Assembly (NCBI RefSeq): GCF_006345805.1
Contig: NC_043014.1
Span: 9,734,001 to 9,798,000 of the forward strand
Reading direction: 5' to 3'
Source: Octopus sinensis
Taxonomy: Eukaryota
DNA: 64,000 nt
Below, piece after piece: positions 54,080 through 64,000 of the stretch (positions within the stretch are counted from its first letter, which is position 1; every line of letters starts with the position of its first letter). The translations under genes were made by a program, and so were the position numbers. The notes under the pieces are model-generated. The model was given only the letters and a program-made list of their open reading frames with translations, was not told the DNA's origin and did no database searches.

Positions 54080-54940
54080 ATCTAACAAGTAGCCTGCCAA
54101 TATTTGCTATTCCAGATCGAAGGATACGGTCGCAAGAGACTTTTGACAGGGCTTAGGAGACAGAGCTTAGGAGTACTTGTCGCAGTTCTATCCTGGTAAT
54201 AAACAGCTTGATACAGGAGGGCATCAAAAGTGATCCTCAACCATGCGTAAAATCCACACCTTGCTCCTTTTGACGTTTGGTCGTTCCCCAAGCTGAATGA
54301 GAAGCTCGCAGGTAATCATTTTGAAGGTATTGAGAAGACGAAGGAAGGTGTGACAATCAAGCCTTCCCTTTCGAAGACGTACATCGAACCTTCGAGAAAT
54401 GACTGAAGTTCTACGGGTGGATGGAGTCAGGGGATCTTACTTTCTTAGAGATTAGAGTTTTGTACTTACTCTTTTACTCTTTTACTTGTTTCAGTAATTT
54501 GACTGTGGCCATGCTGGAGCACCGCATTTAGTCGAGCACGTCGATCCCAGGAATTATTCTTTGTAAACCTAGTACTTATTCAATCGCTGTCTTTTGCCGA
54601 ACTGCTAAGTTACGAGGACGTAAACACACCAGCATCGGTTGTTAAATAATGTTGGGAGGGGGACAAACATAGACACACAAATACATACACATGTATATAT
54701 ATATATACATATATACGACGGGCTTCTTTCAGTTTCCTTCTACCAGATCCACTCACGAGGCTTTGGTGGGCCCGAAGCTATAGTAGAAGACACTTGCCCA
54801 AGGTGCCACGCAATGGGATTGAACCCGAAACCATGTGGTTCGTAAGCAAGCTACTTACCACACACCCACTCCTACTTGTTTGAAGTAAATAAATATCTCT
54901 CCTGAAAACCTGTCAAAATTTCTGGAATATATTTCGTATA
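54080..54940 (+). pseudogene. Mariner C-terminal remnant, split by SINE family 2 (54466-54874, minus strand)
   Basis: PHLAPFDVWSFPKLNEKLAGNHFEGIE matches PDLAPCDFWLFPKLK. Confidence 0.75.
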
Positions 54941-55209
54941 ATATAATCAATGCAAAATATTCTTCTTTGTATATATACACGTAGTCATTGGTTCTGTCCA
55001 TAATTATTTATGTACATATATCTAAATTCCTTTGCTATGTGCCAAAGGGTTCATAGATATTTCACCGTCTTTAAAGATGAACGATGAGTATTGAAAATAA
55101 TTGTTCCACATAGTCAAATGCTTAACATTCGATTATTCATGAAGTGAATATTGAAGAAACGCATACATATCAACTTGCATACAATATTACGCACATATAT
55201 ATGATAAAT

Positions 55210-55382
55210 CGCTAGCCACGACCCATTCTTTATTTTCTCTCCTTGTTTCTTTCTGTGTTCCTTTCTGTTTAAGAGCGTAGGCTCGAAACGTTAAAGACTT
55301 TTTCACTTCTCGAGGGTTATACTAATACGTTTGTTTGTTGCCTACACCACCTGCCATCGTCATTTTTTTGTTTGTGAATTCT

Positions 55383-55385
<3 letters not shown>
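55210..55385 (+). mobile_element. Mini-element family E
   Basis: cttt CTGTTTA a gagc-gtag-gctc GAAAC GTT aaag. Confidence 0.65.
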
Positions 55386-55422
<37 letters not shown>

Positions 55423-55449
55423 AGAATATATATATATATATATATATGT

Positions 55450-55570
55450 TTCATAGTATTTTTCCGATGGCCGGATAACTGAAGAGAAGGCGGCGTGGAT
55501 TTCCACCTCGACATTCGAATCTCAGAGTTTTATCATGGCTACAGAATAATTGCCTCATAGTATATTTACA
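55450..55570 (+). mobile_element. Mini-element family F
   Basis: gataa CTGAAGA (55479-55485)...GAAtCTCAGAGTT ttatc; lies in (TA)n. Confidence 0.65.
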
Positions 55571-55572
55571 GC

Positions 55573-55639
<67 letters not shown>

Positions 55640-55955
55640 CATATATAATTATATAAATGTATGTATAGACAAGCATGCATACATACATATATACATACAT
55701 ATATGTGTCTGTGTGTGCCTATGCATCTGTGTGTGGGTGTGTAGGTATGTCTATATATATGGATGGACAGATAGATGAATTGCTGGACGGACGGGTAGAT
55801 GTACAGAGGTTTCTTTTTATGAATACTACTGCATATGAATAACGTGAGTGAAAATTAGTTTAATGCCAAATGATAATAGCATATATGTATATACATGTGT
55901 GTGAGTGAACGCAAATGTGTGTGTGTGTGTGTGCTTGTGAGTGTGCGTATATATG

Positions 55956-56733
55956 TTTACTCTTTTACTCTTTCTCTCTTTTCTTGTTTCAGTCATTTGA
56001 CTGCGGCCATGCTGGAGCACCGCCTTTAATCGAGCAACTCGATCCGGGACTTATTCTTTTGTAAGCCCAGTACTTATTCTATCAGTGTCTTTTTCCGAAC
56101 CGCTAAGTAACGGGGACATAAACACACCAGCATCGGTTGTCAAGCAATGCTACGGGGACAAACACAGACACACAAACACACACACGCATATATATATACT
56201 AGCAGTATCGCCCGGCGTTGTTCAGGTTTGTAAGGGAAATAACTATAAAGCATTTTTAGAGAGTTATAGCCAAAAAATAGCAAAAGAATGGGGGGGAAAT
56301 TATGGTAAATTTTTTTTGAGAGTTAAAAATGTCGAGACAGTCTGTGGTTTGTGTTTCTGATTCTCGACCCCATTTCGAATTTATCGATTTTTTCAGAACT
56401 GGGGGAACTTTTCAAAATTTTCGCTGCGTTAGTTTTGAATTATGACATTGGGCTATGTGTGTGTCAAGTTTCATCAGAATCGGTTGAAAGCCGTAGTCAG
56501 GGTGAGGGTACAACCTAACAGACACACAGACACGCAGACAGACAAACTGCCGTTTATATATAGAGGGATACATATATACGACAGGCTTCTTTCAGTTTCC
56601 GTCTACCAAATCCACTCACTAGGCTTTGGTCGGCCCGAGGCTACAGTAGAAGACACTTACCCAAGGTGCCACGCAGTGGGATTGAACCCGGAACCATGTG
56701 ATTGCTAAACAAGCTACTTACCACACAGCCACT
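55956..56733 (-). mobile_element. SINE family 2 interrupted by a Helitron
   Basis: Halves at 55956-56198 and 56569-56733. Confidence 0.9.
56199..56568 (-). mobile_element. Non-autonomous Helitron
   Basis: CTAG at 56199-56202, hairpin, TC start at 56568. Confidence 0.88.
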
Positions 56734-57186
56734 CTACATTGACATATATTTACAGTGTCAACACTGCCTCTCAAAAAAAATAACGAAATTTTTTTTGATA
56801 CTACTAATGAATTAACACAAAGTTTTGTCTTACGCTTAAAACAAATGTGATTAACACATTCATAGAGTAACTTACATACAATTGTGTATGTTCGTGCTTG
56901 AAGGTTTGTATCTGTTGCAACGTTGTTTAAATCATTGAAGAACTTTGGCATTGAGGGTTGGGCGAATCAATACAATCCCTTTAGCGTTCAGTTACTTCGT
57001 TTTCTACAAATCCTGGCAATGTGTGTGTGTGTATATATATATATAGATATATATGCATATATATATGTGTGCATATATATATGTATATATATATACATAT
57101 ATATGTACATACATGCTTATATATGTACATATATGCATATATCTATATATCTATACATATATATATGTATATATGCATACGAATAC

Positions 57187-57219
<33 letters not shown>

Positions 57220-57914
57220 AGTACATACGCACAAACACGTATATATATATACACGTATATATCCAAATATATACATACATATATACATATATCATATTGT
57301 ATTATATTACATGATATTACATGATATTATATATATTTTATATATATATATTATATATATATATATATGTATATTATCTGCTGGCCTACATTGTCCTTTC
57401 TGGAGACGATAAAATGTGCATTGCTGTCGATATCCATGAATGCTCTCCGTTCTGAAATTGTAGCATTTTGTGGCCATTAACATTATTACTGTCGCCGATC
57501 TAATTTATTAGTTCCGCTTCAGAATTTCTGTTGCTACTTTTAGGATTGTTATATTATTGCGATTATTACAGTTGATTTCGATTCTTATATTACTCTTTTC
57601 TTTTATTTTTGTTATTGTTTTGTTGTCATTTTTATTGACATGAAGAATCAACATGTCAAAAGAATACCATTCATTCAATAATCCGCAGATATACTAATTT
57701 CATTATTGGAATTGTACTGGCAATTTTTGCATATAAAGAATATCACTTTGTGATATGGTTGAGAGCGATATAAAACTTATATAATGGCATTGCTTTCGAA
57801 AAGGCAAACTATTGTGCATGAAGTCTTTTTTTTTTTTTGTAAGCCAGACCAGTTTAATTCACTCAGAAATCTATGCCCATTGATTACTTTCAATATTTGC
57901 TTTTGTTTGTATGA

Positions 57915-59135
57915 CCAGCTGACCAAACCATTAGACTGCCGGACAAAATACTCTGTAACATGTCGCCTACCTTTCCGGTCTCAGTTCAAATTCCGCCCTG
58001 TTCGATTTGACATTTTACCCTTTCGGGATCGATACAATAAATACCTATTTCTTTAATACCCACAAGGGGCTAAACACAGAGGGGACAAAGAAGGACAGAC
58101 AAACGAATTAAGTCGATTACATCGACCCCAGTGCGTATCTGGTACTTAATTTATCGACCCCGAAAGGATGAAAGGCAAAGTCGACTTCAGCGGAATTTGA
58201 ACTCAGAACGTAACGACGGGCGAAATACCGCCAAGCATTTCGCCCGGCGTGCTAACGATTCTGCCAGCTCGCCGCCTTGGATCGATACAATACATACCAT
58301 TTGCGAACTGGCTGTCGATGTAGTCGGCTTATTCCTTTCCCAAAACGTGTTGGCCACGTGCCAGTTTTTTTCCTAAACCAATATTAACACTTGATAAGGC
58401 GGTGAGATAGCAAATTCGTTAGCATGCCGAGCAAATTGCTTAGCGATATTTCGTCCGTTTATACATTCTGAGTTCAAATTCAGCCGAGACCAATCTTATC
58501 TTTCAACACTTCGAGTCGATAAAATAAGCACCAGTTAAGTACTGAGGGCGATGTAATTGACTAACCCCATCTCCCAAACTGGCTGGCCATGCCCCAAAAT
58601 TTGAAACCAGTATTAGCATAAGTTGAAGCCTCTGCTATTTCCTCTCAATATTTTTTGTATATTCACCTGTAACGGTATCAGTGAACCGGAAATATTATTT
58701 TCCAAATTTGGCAGGGCCCAGCTGATTTCGGAGAGGGACTGAGTTGATTAAATCAACCTCACTGTTCAACTGGTATTTATTTTATCGCCTCTAAAATGAT
58801 GAACGGCAAAGTGAACACAGGCAGAATTTTGAATCAGAAAGCAAAAACGAACGAAATGCCGCTAAGCATTTCGCCCGGGGTACTAACGATTCTGCGAGCT
58901 TGCAACGTTAATGAAATCAGAAATCTTCGTTTCAAATTGTGTCACAAGGCCAGCAAGATCAGGTAAGACGGTAGGTCGATTATATCAACCACAGAGCTTC
59001 AACTAGTACTTATTTCACTCCGAATTGATGGAAGTCCAAGTCGACCTCGTCGAAAATTTAAACTAAGAACGTGAAGACGGAAAAAATGCCGCTTATTATT
59101 TCGCTCAGCACAATAACGGTTCTACCAGCTGCCAT
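57915..59135. mobile_element. Cluster of SINE family 1 copies: young minus copy 58040-58278 (TSD ggatcgatacaata) inside an old plus copy; further old copies at 58397-58612 (+), 58700-58910 (-) and 58930-59135 (-)
   Basis: Homology to family 1; TSD at 58026-58039 and 58279-58292. Confidence 0.8.
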
Positions 59136-60137
59136 CGTGAAGACAGAAATATTAACCGTAAGCTATTGGTAATTACACAAAATTTATAATATAAAATAAA
59201 CAGTACAGATATCAATTGTCAGTCTAAAATATGAAGCTAAATTATTCAATAGTGAGTGATGGCTGTGGGTGTTTTTGTATTTATAACGTGTTCAACGACT
59301 AGATTTCTTTATATCCTCAACCATTCATTTTGTTTTTCTCCCTTTTTTTTCTCTCTAATCACAGTGGATGCATTCATTGTTGTTCATGTATTTGTCAATG
59401 CTGCAACTTTAGTTGCTTTTCAGTTAAATTTTATCTCCGTTTCGCTTTTTGTAGGATTCTGCTGTTCTCGCTTTCTCTTGCTTTGTATGTTAATTTTGCG
59501 AAAGTACTTTTGTTGGTGTTCGCCAAGTCGTAAAATGTATCTTAGAATCACGCTCAGAACTAGAATACGACGTCAATTCAATTAACGTGCTTTAAACCAT
59601 ACGGATTCAATTGGAATATGTTCCTTTAGATTTTCTGTTAATCATTGTTGCTTTTAGTATTATTACTCTAGAATAGCTAAACAAAGAAATTATATTTGGT
59701 TAAAAGTTAACCTAATGAAATGGGTAGTTACAGAATCATCTAGTTTAAGCTGTAAGCATCCTGCTTTTATTTTCACTCTGGATCTTAAATGACAAATCAA
59801 TAGCGAGAGAGTTTGACATTGAGATAGTAACAGAAACTATACAAAAGCAACACCTTTCAATATTTCGTTGTTATATCACACTTCTGGTAAATTCAACAAT
59901 TATTGTTCAACCAAATATTATCTAAGACTGATGTAAAGAATTCCGATTGAAGAAAACATGGTTTATTAGATTGTGGACACTCCTTTCACGAGTGCAGAAC
60001 CCTGCCATGTTCTCAGTTATATCTCACTTTTCTTTTATCGCTGAACAGAACCTTTTTACTTTCTCTTCACAAACTTGTACTTATACAGAATTGCGATACA
60101 GTTTACAAGTATTTAAGAAAAAGTAGAGCATCGTATA

Positions 60138-60337
60138 TACTCTTTTACTTGTTTCAGTCATTTGACTTCGCCCATGCTGGAGCACCGCCTTTAGTCGAGC
60201 AAATCGACCCAGGACTTATTCTTTGTAAGCCTAGTACTATCGGTCTCTTTTCCCGAACCGTTAAGTTACGGGTACGTAAACTCACCAGCATCGGTTGTCA
60301 AGCGATGTTGGGGGGACAAACACAGACAAATACACAA

Positions 60338-60368
<31 letters not shown>

Positions 60369-60540
60369 CGTATACATGTATACGACGGGCTTCCTTCAGT
60401 TTCCGTCTACCAAATCCACTCACAAGGCCATACTCACGAGGCTATAGTAGAACACACTTGCCCAAGGTACCACGCATTGGGACTGAACCCGGAACCATGT
60501 GGTTGGTAAGCAAGCTACTTACCACAAAGCCACTCCTGCG

Positions 60541-60543
<3 letters not shown>
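60138..60543 (-). mobile_element. SINE family 2, full length
   Basis: Head to tail. Confidence 0.9.
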
Positions 60544-60579
<36 letters not shown>

Positions 60580-60580
<1 letters not shown>

Positions 60581-60947
60581 TAAGTAGTTGAATGAATTAT
60601 CCTAGTATGGATAATTCGGTTAACCGATACCCGGGTAGCAAATTTACGTCAGAAAGCACTGTTGAAGCTACATGCCAAGGGCAGAAATCACGTGCTTTCT
60701 TGTGGAAATTTGTGTTTTTTTACTAAAGATAAATGAAAGGATGGAGTCGAACGACGATTTAACAAAATTCCTTTATTCTCGACACATGTTTCGAAGACTT
60801 CATATTCTTAATTCCGAAGGAATAAAGGGTGCACGGCATAATGCACCCTTTATTCCTTCGGAATTAAGAATATGCAGTCTTCGAAACATGTGTCGAGAAT
60901 AAAGGAATTTTGTTAAATCGTCGTTCGATCCATTCTTTCATTTATCT
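60580..60947. mobile_element. Fold-back mini-element family A (long palindrome)
   Basis: Arms 60727-60833 and 60842-60947, homologous to 19956-20065. Confidence 0.88.
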
Positions 60948-61226
60948 ATCTATCTATATATATATATTTTTTTTTTTTGAGAGAGAAATATGTACAAAAT
61001 AAGGTTTGATAGTCAATATCGTCACGGATACCTTTACTGTTGCTACATTGACCTAGCCAAATTAAACCTTGGAACACAAATATTTTAATTTATGGCCAAA
61101 TTATTCAACGTGTGTCTTTTTCTAACGTGGAGATTTGAGCGGATATTTTTTGAGGTTCCTTTCTTAGCAGCAGTTTCTAATAACATTGTGCTGTAAATGG
61201 CAGCACGCTCAGCAAGTGTGTGGAAG

Positions 61227-61596
61227 CACTCCGTCCGTTACGACGATGAGGGTTCCGGTTGATCCGATCAACGGAACAGCCTGCTCGTGAAATTAACGTG
61301 TAAGTGGCTGAGCACTCCACAGACACGTGCACCCTTAACGGGGATATCCAGCGTGACACAGAGAGTGACAAGGCCGGCCCTTTGAAATACAGGTACAACA
61401 GAAACAGGAAGTAAGAGTGAGAGAAAGTCGTGGTGAAAGAGTACAGCAGGGACCACCACCATCCCCTGCCGGAGCCTCGTGGGGCTTTAGGTGTTTTCGC
61501 TCAATAAACGCTCACAATGCCCGGTCTGGGAATCGAAACCGCGATCCTACGACCGCGAGTCCGCTGCCCTAACCACTGGGCCATTGCGTCTCCACG
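61227..61596 (-). mobile_element. tRNA-derived SINE (octopus OR1-like)
   Basis: Head tggcccagtggttaggg...gtttcgattccc; 3' half shared with 63355-63535. Family name is from recall. Confidence 0.75.
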
Positions 61597-61898
61597 CTCC
61601 GCAAGATATTATATTTATCAATATTCGCAGTCATAGCGGTGTAGGTAAAAAGCTGGATTTCCAACAAAATCGTTTCAGGTTCATTCTCACAGCGCTGCAA
61701 CTTCAACAAGTGTCTTCTACTATATTTCCAGGTCTAACAACGCTCTTTTACTGAATTTGATAGGGATAAACTGCAGGGAAGCATTCTCTGTGTGTATATG
61801 TGTGTGTGCATGTTTTTGCGTAGCTGTATGTCTGTCCCTGTGTCTGTATTCGTTCCATCCCAACTAGTACCAAAATTATAAAGGAAAACCAAACATGT

Positions 61899-62290
61899 AG
61901 GCGCAGGAGTGGCTGTGTGGTAAGTAGCTTGCTAACCAACCACATGGTTCCGGGTTCAGTCCCACTGCGTGGCATCTTGGGCAAGTGTCTTCTGCTATAG
62001 CCCCGGGCCGACCAATGTCTTGTGAGTGGATTTGGTAGACGGAAACTGAAAGAAGCCTGTCGTATATATGTATATATATATGTGTGTGTGTGTGTTTCTG
62101 TGCCTGTGTTTGTACCCCTAGCATTGCTTGACAACCGATGCTGGTGTGTTTACGTCCCCGTCACTTAGCGGCTCGGCAAAAAGAGACCGATAGAATAAGT
62201 ACTGGGCTTACAAAAGAATAAGTCCCGGGGTCGATTTGCTCGACTAAAGGCGGTGACTGAAACAAGTATAAGAGTAAAGAGTAAAAGAGT
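61899..62290 (+). mobile_element. SINE family 2
   Basis: Head to tail, with a deletion in the tail. Confidence 0.9.
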
Positions 62291-62663
62291 ATGTAGAGAT
62301 AATATTCTTGACAGACTCCCTTCTAGGCGGTGCGACAGTATGGTCGTATTCCAATGACTGAACGAAGTAAAACAAGATGAAATTAAATGCATTTCTACCG
62401 CAAAATGGCTTCAGTATAAATAACTTAATTTCTCCGATCACACTAACTTTACACCATTGAAGTTACCCTTCCGGTTTTCGCGTCTTGCTTTAATAGAATA
62501 TCTAGCGTGCATGTATATGGCATGAATTGGTATTCAGTTCAGAAAACATTATAGATTACAGACATCAGCTATAAACCGCTGGTCTGCCATGACCGAAATT
62601 TGTAATTACTATTGATAGATGACTTGACTTCATAGGAAGAACGTGTGTGTGTGTGTATATATA

Positions 62664-62695
<32 letters not shown>

Positions 62696-62939
62696 GTATG
62701 CATATATATATATATACACATGCATACATACATACATACATACATATACACATACATATATATACATACATATATATACACATATATATACACACATATA
62801 TACACACACACACATATATATATATATATACACATATGTATATATACATATATATACACATTTTTACATATATATATATATATATACATACATGCATATA
62901 TGCATGTTTATATATACATGTATGTGTATATACACTCAT

Positions 62940-62971
<32 letters not shown>

Positions 62972-63048
62972 CATAATACCTACATTATATAATATATATA
63001 TATATATATATATGAATGTATATATATATATATACATAATACCTACAT

Positions 63049-63083
<35 letters not shown>

Positions 63084-63114
63084 TGTATATATATATATAT
63101 ATATACATAATACC

Positions 63115-63159
<45 letters not shown>

Positions 63160-63280
63160 ATATATATATATATTCATAATACCTACATATATATATATGA
63201 ATGTATATATATATATATATATTCATAATACCTACATATATATATATATATATATGAATGTATAATATATACATAATACC

Positions 63281-63323
<43 letters not shown>

Positions 63324-63354
63324 TATATAATATATGAATGTATATATATTCTTA

Positions 63355-63674
63355 GACTCCGCCGTTACGACGACGAGGGTCCCAGCTGATACGATCAACG
63401 GAACAGCTTGCTCGTGAAATTAACGTGCAAATGGCTGAGCATTCCACAGACACGTGTACCCATAACGTAGTTCTCGGGGATAATCAGCGTGACAACAGAG
63501 AGTGACAAGGCTGACCCTTTGAAATACAAGTACAACTCATTTTTGCCAGCTGAGTGGACTGGAGCAACGTGAAATAAAGTGTCTTGCTCAAGGACACAAC
63601 GCGTCGCCGAGAATCGAACTCACAACCCTACGATCATGAGCCGAATGCCCTAACCACTAAGCCACGCGCCCTCA
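63355..63674 (-). mobile_element. tRNA-derived CORE-SINE (octopus OR2-like)
   Basis: tRNA head and CORE-like gtgtccttgagcaagacacttt...aaaatgag. Family name is from recall. Confidence 0.78.
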
Positions 63675-63831
63675 CTGATTTATATATATATATATATATA
63701 GATATATACACATAATACCTACATACATATATATATATATATGAATGTATGTATATATATATATATTCATAATACCTACATATATATATATGAATGTATA
63801 TATATATATATATATATATATTCATAATACC

Positions 63832-63870
<39 letters not shown>

Positions 63871-64000
63871 TATGAATGTAATATATATACATTACTAATA
63901 TACAATATATATATATATATATATAATATATATATATATATATAAATATTCGCAATGTACATAAGTATACACAGCTACACAGCGGAAGTGCATATCGATA

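Noticed and set aside
63600-63674. tRNA-like sequences here and at 14688 and 61520
   Set aside because: SINE heads attached to SINE bodies; I could not fold a full cloverleaf.
1625-63825. Numerous YI/HT/CV-repeat ORFs and recurring ORFs such as DGLLSVSVYQIHSQGFG
   Set aside because: Translations of microsatellites and SINE bodies, not genes.

Overview
AT-rich, gene-poor eukaryotic DNA, most likely an octopus (coleoid cephalopod) intergenic or intronic region. The organism is inferred from the SINE families and the dense (TA)n/(CA)n microsatellites. I find no credible host protein-coding exon; almost all listed ORFs are microsatellite or SINE artefacts. The window is a mosaic of tRNA-derived SINEs (about 35 copies from 3-4 families, some as head-to-tail multimers), decayed mariner/Tc1 transposons, non-autonomous Helitrons, 3' fragments of CR1-like, RTE and Dong/R4 LINEs, and a 100-N gap. 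The most notable signal is at least eight sequence-unrelated families of short elements, mostly in (TA)n tracts and often fold-back palindromes, that carry type-I hammerhead ribozyme folds of the kind known from Penelope-like elements. One has an intact core (19929-20024) and two families have a U4C core variant. LINE/SINE partner tails with a covarying stem-loop are also visible. All structures were paired by eye, and element boundaries are approximate.
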